Below, in pieces: positions 1 through 8,227 of a DNA stretch of 51,921 nt. Position numbers and translations under genes: made by a program. The stretch covers positions 1-51,921 of the forward strand of contig JBBIGR010000038.1 in assembly GCA_037447435.1 (NCBI GenBank), in the 5' to 3' direction. Under the pieces are notes generated by a model, which saw only the letters and a program-made list of their open reading frames with translations, was not told where the DNA came from and did not search any database. The first letter of the stretch is position 1. Each line of letters begins with the position of its first letter. The DNA comes from Fibrobacteria bacterium (GTDB lineage: Bacteria > Fibrobacterota > Chitinivibrionia > Chitinivibrionales > FEN-1185).

Positions 1-2
1 GA

Positions 3-677
3 AGTGAATTGATTGTTAAGAGATGTGAATAGAAGCGGTGCGGTCTCACCGCTTATACGGGCAAGGGCCAGGATAATGCCGGTCACGATGCCCGGGCGTG
101 CAGCCTTCCATCCTATGCTTACGATCATTTTCCAATAGGGACATCCCATGGCAATGGCTGCTTCTCTAAGTGAATCGGGCACAAGCCGCAGCATATCCTC
201 GGTAGTCCGGACAATGACAGGAAGGGCAATCAAACATAATGAAAGAGCTCCGGCCCATCCTGAAAAATGGCCTGCAGGAAGCACAACAATCGTGTAAATG
301 AATAGCCCTAAAATTATGGATGGAGCACTGAGCATTATATCGTTGCAAAACCTTACTATTTTCCCGTATTTGGAATTTCGTCCGTATTCCGCAAGAAAAG
401 TCCCGGCAAGAACACCGATGGGAACTGCAAAAAATATTGCACATACGACAATGAAAATGCTTCCAACAATAGCATTGAAAAGTCCGCCCATGCTTCCTGG
501 GGCTGGCGTTGACATCGTAAATATCCGGGTAGAAACTGCCCCCAGCCCGTTAGAAACCAAGGTCCAAAGAATTGCGATAAGAACCCCGAGCGAAATAATC
601 AAAGTAGAATAAAAAAGAAAAATCATGATGCGATTCATGACCCTGCGTTGTATGAGAACAGAGGAATCCGGTTTCAT
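3..677 (-). CDS. pstA: Phosphate ABC transporter permease PstA (runs off the left edge of the window)
   Basis: Manual translation from ATG at 677, which overlaps the pstC stop (ATGA). Gives PAPGSMGGLFNAIVGS, LLSAPSIILGLF, ALPVIVRTTEDMLRLVPDSLREAAIAMG and ARISGETAPLLFT, typical PstA motifs. Confidence 0.93.
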   Translation of the reverse strand, partial: MKPDSSVLIQRRVMNRIMIFLFYSTLIISLGVLIAILWTLVSNGLGAVSTRIFTMSTPAPGSMGGLFNAIVGSIFIVVCAIFFAVPIGVLAGTFLAEYGRNSKYGKIVRFCNDIMLSAPSIILGLFIYTIVVLPAGHFSGWAGALSLCLIALPVIVRTTEDMLRLVPDSLREAAIAMGCPYWKMIVSIGWKAARPGIVTGIILALARISGETAPLLFTSLNNQFT

Positions 678-1705
678 ATGGGGATTTTCCTGTTAACGGA
701 AAGGAGAAGAAAACGGGTTATCATCAGAACAATGAATGTAATGACAAACAAAATCAGCCCCAATGCCAGAAGCGAGGACATATACATTTTACCAAACGCT
801 TCAGTAAACTCGTTTGCTAATGTGGCTGAAATTGTGGTTCCCGGTGCAAACAGGGATTCCTGAATCCGATGTGAATTTCCTATAACAAAAGTCACTGCCA
901 TTGTTTCACCGAGCGCGCGTCCCAGCCCCAGCATAATGGCGCCGATCACCCCGTTTTTTGCATATGGAATAATTATCCTATAGCAAACTTCCCAAACCGA
1001 TGCTCCTGTGCCATATGCAGCTTCACGCAATTCCACCGGTACGGTCGCAAAAGCCTGCAGGCTGACAGATGCGATGAACGGCAAAATCATGATGCTGAGT
1101 ATCATGCCCGAAGTAAGCATTCCTATGCCAAAAGGTGGTCCCTGGAATAAAAGGCCAATTATGGGCAGAGGACCAAGCCAGCCGATAAGCGCAGGTTGGA
1201 CAGTTTTCGCCATAATGGGGACGAGGACAAACAATCCCCACATCCCGTAAATGATACTGGGAATCGATGCAAGCAACTCTATAGTTATTGTCAACATCGA
1301 CCTGATGCGAAACGGACAAAGTTCGTTTAAAAATAGAGCCACGCCAAGTGCAAGAGGTGCACCAAGTAAAACTGCCATGAATGCGGTAATGATTGTCCCT
1401 GAAATTGCAGGCAAGGCCCCGAATTTATTTGAAACCGGGTTCCAGGAGCTGTTGAAAAGAAATGAGAATCCGAAAGTTTTGAAGACTGGAAAACTTTCAA
1501 TGGCCAAAAGAATAAAAATTGAAACCATTGTTGCAACAAGCAAAAAGGCCGAGGTTTTTGAAATAAATTTGAATAGCGGTTCAAACCATTGCCCATAGGG
1601 TTTTTGCTTCGACCGCTGGAATATTGAAACGGTTTTCTCAAGACTAATGGAATTGTCCACGATCTTGGAAAACGCCGACAGGTCCTTGATAATTTCATTT
1701 TCCAT
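674..1705 (-). CDS. pstC: Phosphate ABC transporter permease PstC
   Basis: WNPV..FGALPAISGT, ELLASIPSIIYGMWG, EAA loop and GRALGETMAVTFVIGN motifs. Confidence 0.96.
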   Translation of the reverse strand: MENEIIKDLSAFSKIVDNSISLEKTVSIFQRSKQKPYGQWFEPLFKFISKTSAFLLVATMVSIFILLAIESFPVFKTFGFSFLFNSSWNPVSNKFGALPAISGTIITAFMAVLLGAPLALGVALFLNELCPFRIRSMLTITIELLASIPSIIYGMWGLFVLVPIMAKTVQPALIGWLGPLPIIGLLFQGPPFGIGMLTSGMILSIMILPFIASVSLQAFATVPVELREAAYGTGASVWEVCYRIIIPYAKNGVIGAIMLGLGRALGETMAVTFVIGNSHRIQESLFAPGTTISATLANEFTEAFGKMYMSSLLALGLILFVITFIVLMITRFLLLSVNRKIPI

Positions 1706-1733
1706 TTGAAGAGGGAACTTCCTTGATTTCTAA

Positions 1734-1797
1734 CCCCATGCTCCGCATGGATAAGTTTACTTTATATATTATATACGCAAAATGCGTATAGTACTAA
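1734..1797. repeat. Dispersed double-hairpin repeat, copy 1
   Basis: CCCCATGC-tcc-GCATGG ATAAGTTTAC ... TATACGCA-aaa-TGCGTATA GTACTAA. Near-identical to 4721-4800 and related to 28325-28459. Confidence 0.85.
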
Positions 1798-1846
1798 ACT
1801 GAACAAGCAATTTTTGAGGTTTGCTTAAGACAATATTTTTATTAAC

Positions 1847-1861
1847 GCAAGAAACATGCCA
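1847..1861 (-). promoter_or_regulatory. Putative sigma54 (-24/-12) promoter for pstCA
   Basis: Minus strand TGGCAT-GTTTC-TTGC with correct GG-N10-GC spacing, directly downstream of the porin terminator. Confidence 0.65.
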
Positions 1862-1887
1862 CGAGTCTTTTTTACGAAAAAAAAATT

Positions 1888-1932
1888 AAAAAAGGCGGTC
1901 CTGAAAAACTGGGAGGAATTCTCAAGACCGCC
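1888..1932 (-). terminator. Rho-independent terminator after the porin gene
   Basis: Minus strand GGCGGTCTTGA...TCAGGACCGCC followed by T6. Confidence 0.75.
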
Positions 1933-1955
1933 GTTGATGGCCCTAACCACTGCCA

Positions 1956-3104
1956 TCAATAGTCGAATTCACCGTTGAGATAAATTCTATCACTCGTAAG
2001 AGAACCTGCCTTAGGCGTAAAACGCTGATAATCGAGCGCCAGTTTCACTTTTGAAACAGGAGAATACTGAACACCGGCGATTATCGTCTGGCCATCCAAT
2101 GCGGTGTTCCAATCGCTTTTTGAAGAAGCCAGGTCGAAACGTGCGAATACCTCCAGTTGTTTGATGATGTTGTACATTCCATATAAAGACAAACCGTTGA
2201 CATCATGGTCTGTAACGCCCTTCTGCTTCATTTGAATGTCATATTCCAAACCTATCTTTGCCATATCGGGGATATCATACCCGGCAAACAAGGCGACTGT
2301 TGACTGAGCAGTATCGGTGGTCTTTCCAATCGGCATCCAATCGCCATAAGCATATAAAGTTAAATCCTTAATAGGATTGACCTGCACGCCTCCCGCGATC
2401 TTGTAATCGCCGTAACTGTCCTGGGAAGACTTGTATCCTTCCCCATCGGTCACACCCACGGTAATTTTTAATAGGTCTATCGGGGCAATTTTAAGCACTG
2501 CTCCCAGATCAGCACTGGATTCAATACCGTTCTTGTCCATAAATGTTTGATAGATATATCGATGTGCCCAGAACCCTTCCATAACGTCAAAGGCAAAGTA
2601 AGGGACCTGACCCAAATTCAATGTCCCGGTCGGGAATATATTCTTCCATGACAAGTAAGCGGTCTTGAGGTACGCGAAATATCTGTCGTCAAGCTTGAAA
2701 GTGAGCCCGACCGTTTTCTTGGTGGTGTCAAATGCCGCCGTTGCACTCGTTGCCGGATCCACCCTCTGGACATCCAGAAACGCGTCGGTTGTGAATTGCT
2801 CGTTTATATCGTACTTGTATCCAAGGTAGACACGAGTCAATTCAGGCTCTGATTTTTTGGTAACAGCCTTTTTGGAAGAATAATCTGTATCATTGAGATT
2901 GTAATACCAATCAGCATAGATCTTTCCATAAACCGTGCCTTGGGACTTTGGCTTAGGTTTTTCCTGAGCCGACGGTTGAGGTGCCGCCTGGGCGGCCCCC
3001 ATTGTCGTGTCCTGGGGTTTTTCTTGCGCTGAAGATGTCAATATTCCGCCTGCAGCAAACACAAAGGATAAAATAGTTGCTATATTAATTAGACGCATTT
3101 TCAC
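1956..3104 (-). CDS. Outer-membrane porin, likely phosphate-selective (OprO/OprP-like)
   Basis: Signal peptide, ELTRVYLGYKY and YLKTAYLSW beta-strand motifs, SSADLG, and a terminal aromatic residue (GEFDY). Lies between pstS and pstC. Confidence 0.75.
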   Translation of the reverse strand: MKMRLINIATILSFVFAAGGILTSSAQEKPQDTTMGAAQAAPQPSAQEKPKPKSQGTVYGKIYADWYYNLNDTDYSSKKAVTKKSEPELTRVYLGYKYDINEQFTTDAFLDVQRVDPATSATAAFDTTKKTVGLTFKLDDRYFAYLKTAYLSWKNIFPTGTLNLGQVPYFAFDVMEGFWAHRYIYQTFMDKNGIESSADLGAVLKIAPIDLLKITVGVTDGEGYKSSQDSYGDYKIAGGVQVNPIKDLTLYAYGDWMPIGKTTDTAQSTVALFAGYDIPDMAKIGLEYDIQMKQKGVTDHDVNGLSLYGMYNIIKQLEVFARFDLASSKSDWNTALDGQTIIAGVQYSPVSKVKLALDYQRFTPKAGSLTSDRIYLNGEFDY

Positions 3105-3169
3105 TGCTTCTCCTTATTAATAATTAATAGGTTAAAATTTTTAAGTTCTTATTTTGCGAAAAAGCATTG

Positions 3170-4216
3170 TTATTTTGCGAAAATCGGTTTACCGTCGGAT
3201 GACTTGATTTCTTTTGACCAGGTTTCTTTTACTACATCAACGACAGCTTTGGGCATAGGGACATAAACAAGTTCTTCTGCCATTTTCGCACCACTGGCAT
3301 AGCACCATGAAAAGAATTCAAGTACTTCCTTTGCCTGCTCGGGTTTCGATTGTTCTGTATGCATCAGGATAAAGCTCGCACCGGTAATAGGCCAGCTTTC
3401 TTTGCCAGGTTGATCAGTGAGAACAAGATAAAAGCCTGGGGCATTTTTCCAATCCGCATGCGATGCGGCAGATTGAAAGGTTTCAGCCGTTGGCTTGATA
3501 AATCCGCCATCATGGGATGCGAGCATGGTATAGGACAACTTGTTTTGCAAAGCATAAGCATATTCGACATATCCTATTGAACCGGGAGTTTGTGCCGTAA
3601 AATTGGCAACTCCTTCATTCCCTTTGCCGCCTATTCCTGCAGGCCATTCAACCGAAGTATTATTACCGACTTTTTGTTCCCATTCCTTGCTAACCTTCAT
3701 TAAATAATTTGTAAACAAGAAAGTTGTCCCTGAGCCGTCGGAACGATGCACAACAGCTATGTCCTCATTGGGTAATTTCAATTTTGGGTTCAATTTCAGG
3801 ATGGCAGTGTCATTCCAATTTTTAATTTTACCAAGATAAATTTCCGCCAATACGGTTCCCGTAAGTTTGAGGTCTCCGGCATTGATTCCTTTAATGTTTA
3901 CAACCGGTACAACACCACCCATTATCATTGGCCATTGCACCAAAGCGTCCTCCTTGAGTTTGTCCTGCTTAAGCGGCATATCTGAAGCTCCGAAATCCAC
4001 TGTTTTGGCTTCAATCTGCTTAATTCCGCCACCGGAGCCAATGGATTGATAATTCAGGCTCATGCCTGTCTTGGCTTTATACGCTTCAGCCCATTTTGCA
4101 TAAACAGGATAAGGAAACGTTGCGCCTGCTCCGGTTATTTCCGCTGGCGACGCTACGCTTGCAAGAGTCAGCAATCCCATTGTACATGCGGCTAAAACCT
4201 TGAATTGTACCTTCAT
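3170..4216 (-). CDS. pstS: Phosphate ABC transporter substrate-binding protein PstS
   Basis: GAGATFPYPVY, YQSIGSGGG, DFGASD, RSDGSGTT and GGKGNEGV motifs. Confidence 0.98.
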   Translation of the reverse strand: MKVQFKVLAACTMGLLTLASVASPAEITGAGATFPYPVYAKWAEAYKAKTGMSLNYQSIGSGGGIKQIEAKTVDFGASDMPLKQDKLKEDALVQWPMIMGGVVPVVNIKGINAGDLKLTGTVLAEIYLGKIKNWNDTAILKLNPKLKLPNEDIAVVHRSDGSGTTFLFTNYLMKVSKEWEQKVGNNTSVEWPAGIGGKGNEGVANFTAQTPGSIGYVEYAYALQNKLSYTMLASHDGGFIKPTAETFQSAASHADWKNAPGFYLVLTDQPGKESWPITGASFILMHTEQSKPEQAKEVLEFFSWCYASGAKMAEELVYVPMPKAVVDVVKETWSKEIKSSDGKPIFAK

Positions 4217-4324
4217 ACACCCTCCTTAATTGATTGATATAAGTTTCTTTTCACAGACATATTTACATTTTTAACTATTTTAAATAAACTCAATGCAATA
4301 AAATTCTTTTGAATATAAAAGGTA

Positions 4325-4339
4325 TCAAATTGCATGCCA
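4325..4339 (-). promoter_or_regulatory. Putative sigma54-type promoter for pstS
   Basis: Minus strand TGGCAT-GCAAT-TTGA; the -12 element deviates by one base from TTGC. Confidence 0.5.
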
Positions 4340-4402
4340 CAAGACGCATTTGGATTAAAGCGCTTAGACTATTTGTCAAGCATGAGATTCGTGTTTGCTG
4401 AT

Positions 4403-4419
4403 TGTTAGAAATTTGTTAA
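4403..4419 (-). promoter_or_regulatory. Pho-box-like tandem repeat
   Basis: Minus strand TTAACA-AATTT-CTAACA, two hexamers at an 11-bp period upstream of pstS. Confidence 0.4.
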
Positions 4420-4720
4420 ACGGGATGCTTTCAAACTGGTTTCAACTTTTAATTAAATAGATGTGTTTTGCAAACAGGAGCTGTTTGAGGCTGATGAGAC
4501 AAATATCCTTATCCTTATGCAAGAATGGTCATGGATATTTTAGTGTATTCAGGAATATTTCGTGGGACAAATGTCGCTTGGGTTCTACTGAATTCTCAGG
4601 GACAGCTCTATTTGTCCCATGAGAAGACAATAACGACAAAAAAGTGGATCAGTCTTCTGGATTCCAACAATTTACCAAATTACCTCTATGCAAAGATTTA
4701 TTTTTTTGTATTATAACAGA

Positions 4721-4800
4721 CCCCATGCATTGCATGGGATAAGTTTACATTATATATTATATACGCGAAACGCGTATATAATTCAGAACATAGGTACTAA
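4721..4800. repeat. Dispersed double-hairpin repeat, copy 2
   Basis: CCCCATGC-att-GCATGGG ATAAGTTTAC ... ATTATATACGCG-aaa-CGCGTATATAAT TCAGAACATA GGTACTAA. Confidence 0.85.
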
Positions 4801-4810
4801 AGGACCATTT

Positions 4811-5194
4811 ATTACCACCATCGAATTTTCAGGCATTATTGCAGCAGGATCGCTTGTTGCAGGGTTTCTCGGCTCACTCACCGGGTTGGGAGGCGGAATT
4901 GTCATTGTTCACCTCTTGACGCTTGGGTTCGGCGTTGACATTCACTATGCCATGGGCGCTTCGCTTGTCCCGGTTCTGACCACTTCATCCGGAGCTGCTG
5001 CAACTTTTTCGAATTTACACTTTGTCAACATTCGCATGGGCATGTTTCTGGAAATCGCCGCTATTGTTGGAGCATTGGCCGGGACCTTTGTAACTGCGAT
5101 GATTTCTCCGGTATGGGTATCCAAGAGGTCCTTCTCTGGAAACAAGACCAAAAACCGAACAATGCAAGGTGTGGGCAAAAGAAACTGGATTTAA
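4811..5194 (+). pseudogene. Truncated TauE/SafE (TSUP) sulfite-exporter family permease
   Basis: AGFLGSLTGLGGGIVIV..GVDIHYAMGASLV..TSSGAAA..VNIRMGMFLEIA is the TSUP N-terminal half. Similarity stops after about 105 aa, and the codon after the AAGGA RBS is ATT rather than ATG. Confidence 0.8.
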
Positions 5195-5251
5195 AAATTT
5201 CGGAGCAACAATTTCTTTTCTACCTTATCATTACGGCATCCAACTCTGGGT

Positions 5252-5617
5252 TTAATGGCACCCATGCGACTGACACGAACTACTTTCGTCAAGAACTCGT
5301 ATTTCACGCTTGTCGTATTTGCCAATAGCATCAGCGATGGTTACCGCATCAACAAGAAAAGGCTTTATTCCGGCTTCAATAAGAAGGTTCGCTGCCCGCA
5401 TACCCATTCCCCTGCATAAAACAGCTTCGGCATTGAGTGCACGAATTGCATCGACAGGCATACACTTGCCATGCTCGTGTTCGCTTTCATTGTTATTTGA
5501 AAAGGAAACGTTCTTGGCTTCGGTATCATACACCGCAAAAAACGGAGCGCTGCCGAAATGACCAAAAACCAGTGAATCCAAACCATTTTCGTCCTGAACC
5601 GGCATACAGATTTTCAT
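5252..5617 (-). CDS. NifB/NifX family (dinitrogenase FeMo-cofactor biosynthesis-like) protein
   Basis: MKICMP...VFGHFGSAPFFAVYD, HEHGKC and GMGMRA motifs with a C/H-rich tail. The ATG at 5617 overlaps the upstream stop. Confidence 0.88.
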   Translation of the reverse strand: MKICMPVQDENGLDSLVFGHFGSAPFFAVYDTEAKNVSFSNNNESEHEHGKCMPVDAIRALNAEAVLCRGMGMRAANLLIEAGIKPFLVDAVTIADAIGKYDKREIRVLDESSSCQSHGCH

Positions 5618-6063
5618 ACAATTCTCCAGCATTTTTTAAAGTTTATATCCTTATCTTTATTCTTAGAACAATAAAAATCGTTACTTTTGCATTGCGGGCA
5701 TTCCGAAGGTCTTTCTGCCGTACAGGAAATCGACCAGGTGTGGTTGCAGGCATTGCACATAAACCTGCATTTATCTATTTCAATACTTCCTCCACCAATG
5801 GTAAGTCGCTTGGAATTGACCAGGAAATCGGCGACTTTTTTATGCGCAGCCGTTATGATATTGCCGAAGGTCTGGCGTGATATTTTCATTTTTTCGGCAG
5901 CATGTTCCTGATATAGACCATCAAAATCAGCCAAACGAATTGCTTCAAGTTCGTCAAGCGTTAATGAAACAATTTCATAGGAGTTTCCATGGCCGCCGCA
6001 GGGCTTAAAACTCAATGTTTGCGGATTGCAATCGACTCTTCTTTTTTTGCACGGACGTGACAT
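5614..6063 (-). CDS. DUF134 domain HTH protein with C-terminal zinc ribbon
   Basis: MSRPCKKRRV, LTLDELEAIRLADFDGLYQEHAAEKMKISRQTF, plus CNAC..CPQC. Confidence 0.92.
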   Translation of the reverse strand: MSRPCKKRRVDCNPQTLSFKPCGGHGNSYEIVSLTLDELEAIRLADFDGLYQEHAAEKMKISRQTFGNIITAAHKKVADFLVNSKRLTIGGGSIEIDKCRFMCNACNHTWSISCTAERPSECPQCKSNDFYCSKNKDKDINFKKCWRIV

Positions 6064-6080
6064 ATTTTTCTTTCAGTTTC

Positions 6081-6092
6081 TGGCATATGCTA
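6081..6092. promoter_or_regulatory. Palindromic operator candidate upstream of the DUF134 gene
   Basis: TG-GCATATGC-TA dyad 18 bp upstream of the start codon. Confidence 0.45.
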
Positions 6093-6191
6093 ACAATAAA
6101 GTATATTTTGCGTATTCCAATAAACAACAATTCAAGAAATTTGTCGTTTAATCACAATGTCAGTTTGAAATAGAAATCGGATAATACTATC

Positions 6192-6650
6192 ATGAAATAC
6201 AAGCTCCAATTGCCAGACCCCGATCCTGCCCAATCATTGCAAAGAAAACTTGATTATTTTAAATCAACCTACCATTCACAATGCATCTTCACTAAAAATC
6301 CACCGGTACCTGGTTTAGAATTCAGTTTCCAAAATAATGGTATTTTATACGGCGAGTTTACTTGCACAAATCAGCACCAAGGGTACAACGACATGGTTCA
6401 TGGAGGCATACTCGCTGCAATTGTTGATGCCTCCATGGCCCAATGTTTAATGGGGCATGGGATTATCGGTTATACGACCGATCTGAATATTAAATATTGT
6501 AAACCTTTTATAATCAATAATCCGGCGACCCTTGAAACTGCCATACATGAGGTAAATGTCGGAAAACTTTACAACTTAAAATGCGCCATATTTCAAAATG
6601 GTCATATATCGGTCAAAGCCACCGGAAGATTTTTTAAAATAAAAAATTGA
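6192..6650 (+). CDS. PaaI family thioesterase (hotdog fold)
   Basis: HQGYNDMVHGGILAAIVDASM and TTDLNIKYCKP motifs. Confidence 0.88.
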   Translation: MKYKLQLPDPDPAQSLQRKLDYFKSTYHSQCIFTKNPPVPGLEFSFQNNGILYGEFTCTNQHQGYNDMVHGGILAAIVDASMAQCLMGHGIIGYTTDLNIKYCKPFIINNPATLETAIHEVNVGKLYNLKCAIFQNGHISVKATGRFFKIKN

Positions 6651-6742
6651 GAAAGGATTTCATTTTATTCTATTTCTGTGAGAGTGTAATTCATTTTCTT
6701 TTTCCAATGGCATATTTAAGCGTTTGGAAGATTATTTTTTTA

Positions 6743-6771
6743 TTGACAGGGCTTTAAAATTAGTTTATATT
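6743..6771 (+). promoter_or_regulatory. Sigma70-type promoter upstream of the arsR remnant and thioredoxin
   Basis: TTGACA-17 bp-TATATT. Confidence 0.7.
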
Positions 6772-6799
6772 AATATTAGAATATACGGATATACATATT

Positions 6800-7026
6800 A
6801 TGAATGCAGCACACAAAAGAAAAGCAGACCTACTCAAAGCCATTGGTCACCCAATACGATTTTGCATTGTCGATGGGCTGCTTGGTGGTGAACAGAATGT
6901 AGCGACTATGGTTGATTGCACGGGTGTACCTCAGCCAACGGTATCAAGCATCTTAATATTTTGAAAAGTGCCGGGATAATAGAATGTTTATCTTCACAAA
7001 GGAATTCTCATGAACGCAAAAAATAA
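6800..7026 (+). pseudogene. Frameshifted and truncated ArsR/SmtB family regulator
   Basis: MNAAHKRKADLLKAIGHPIRFCIVDGLLGGEQNVATMVDCTGVPQPTVS, then after a one-base loss near 6946 another frame continues HLNILKSAGIIEC. The C-terminal wing and helix are missing. Confidence 0.85.
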
Positions 7027-7447
7027 AATTTTATGGATTGGAATAACCGCCCTCGCAGTGACCTTTTTTACGTGGCAATTTATATCGGCCACGCCATCTA
7101 AATCCGTTGGTTCGGATATCATAAAAAAAGTGGCAAACGAACAAGAGTTCGGTACAATTATAAATAATTCCGGGACAAAATTGGTCGTGTTGGATTTGTA
7201 CGCCGACTGGTGCGGGCCCTGTCGTATGCTTCATCCGACCCTTGTCTCCCTCGCCGAAAAATATGCAAGCAAGGTTGTATTTTATCAAATTAATGTCGAT
7301 GAAAACCCCAAGATAGCCTCTGCGTTCGGGACAAGCGGCATTCCGTATGTCGTATTTGTTAAGAATAAGCAGCCGATAACATCGATTATTGGTTTGAACT
7401 CTTCTGAAACATATGAAAAAGTAATAACCGCCAATTTGATAAACTGA
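7010..7447 (+). CDS. Thioredoxin family protein with N-terminal signal/TM anchor
   Basis: WCGPC active site, cis-Pro motif GIP and a hydrophobic N-terminus. Confidence 0.9.
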   Translation: MNAKNKILWIGITALAVTFFTWQFISATPSKSVGSDIIKKVANEQEFGTIINNSGTKLVVLDLYADWCGPCRMLHPTLVSLAEKYASKVVFYQINVDENPKIASAFGTSGIPYVVFVKNKQPITSIIGLNSSETYEKVITANLIN

Positions 7448-7574
7448 CTGCAGCATTTCTTTTCCGATTATAAGAATATCCGGACGAATTAGCCGATGAT
7501 GCCTCGATCACCGTTGGGGTTGCCCGGATTTGAATTCTATAATTTTTTATGGTACAATCTCTTTGAGGTGTTCC

Positions 7575-7886
7575 ATGAAAAACGACATCAGCCAAACCGT
7601 CAAAAACCTGGTTTTGGAAATTGAACCGGAATCTGAAATATTCCTTTACGGCAACAGCACAAAAAGTCCCGACGCAAAAGCGGTACACTGGGATTTTTTA
7701 ATTCTCGTGGATGGCGAAGTCGGAACCGAGCGAGCCGATCGCATTCGGCATCAACTCTACAGTGTAGAATCCGGAAACCAAATAACGATCAAGGTGATAG
7801 TCAAGAACCGGGAAGAATGGAACAACCCCGACAAAAAGAACATCCCCTTGCACAAGAGAATTTCCCGGGAAGGGATTGCTTTATAA
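7575..7886 (+). CDS. Minimal nucleotidyltransferase (MNT)-like protein with degenerate active site
   Basis: GAGG RBS before ATG 7575. IFLYGNS...HWDFLILVD and ISREGIAL match the MNT pattern LFGS..RG....SDWD...I.REGI.L. Confidence 0.75.
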   Translation: MKNDISQTVKNLVLEIEPESEIFLYGNSTKSPDAKAVHWDFLILVDGEVGTERADRIRHQLYSVESGNQITIKVIVKNREEWNNPDKKNIPLHKRISREGIAL

Positions 7887-7961
7887 GGCACAGGCAACCC
7901 CTTAAAGATATGACAGGACTGACCCGTTCATGTCTAAAACACACTAGCCTATTTCAGGTTT

Positions 7962-8141
7962 TCAGGTCCTTAAGTCCGCCGTCAGAACATGTGTGCTTTT
8001 ATCTTCGGTATTGAACCAGAAAAACAGCTTGTTTTTTTCCCTGGTAAAGCAATGCTCGAAATCGTTTCGGGGAGGACAGGGAAATATTCTTGCATGCATT
8101 TCGCTTGCTCGGAGCAGCAAGTTCTCTTCCATTTCCGTCAT
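7962..8141 (-). CDS. Small hypothetical protein (59 aa) downstream of ftsZ
   Basis: AAGGG RBS before ATG 8141. Protein-like sequence MTEMEENLLLRASEMHARIFPC..FEHCFTREKNKLFFWFNTEDKSTH. Confidence 0.55.
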   Translation of the reverse strand: MTEMEENLLLRASEMHARIFPCPPRNDFEHCFTREKNKLFFWFNTEDKSTHVLTADLRT

Positions 8142-8186
8142 TTTCTTGCCCTTTCTTGACACGGGTAAGCTTTTTTGCTTTAGAGG

Positions 8187-8212
8187 AACCGCCGCACCTC
8201 GGGGCACGGCGG
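8187..8212 (-). terminator. GC-rich hairpin after ftsZ (weak terminator or stability element)
   Basis: Minus strand ACCGCCGTGCC-CCGA-GGTGCGGCGGT with a poor U tract. Confidence 0.4.
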
Positions 8213-8227
8213 TACAATGCTTCTTCA

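Noticed and set aside
4491..4530. CTGATGAG hammerhead-ribozyme-like core
   Set aside because: No stem II followed by GAAA and no compatible flanking helices were found.
4525..4716. 63-aa plus-strand ORF upstream of pstS
   Set aside because: No clear RBS or motif, and it overlaps an inverted repeat in a decaying intergenic region; unsupported as a gene.
1734..4800. CRISPR array or integron attC interpretation of the repeats
   Set aside because: The copies are kilobases apart with no regular spacers, no cas or integrase genes, and no RYYYAAC/GTTRRRY ends.
5252..5617. Nitrogen fixation inferred from the NifB/NifX-family gene
   Set aside because: This family commonly occurs with DUF134 in non-diazotrophs, and there are no nifHDK genes in the window.
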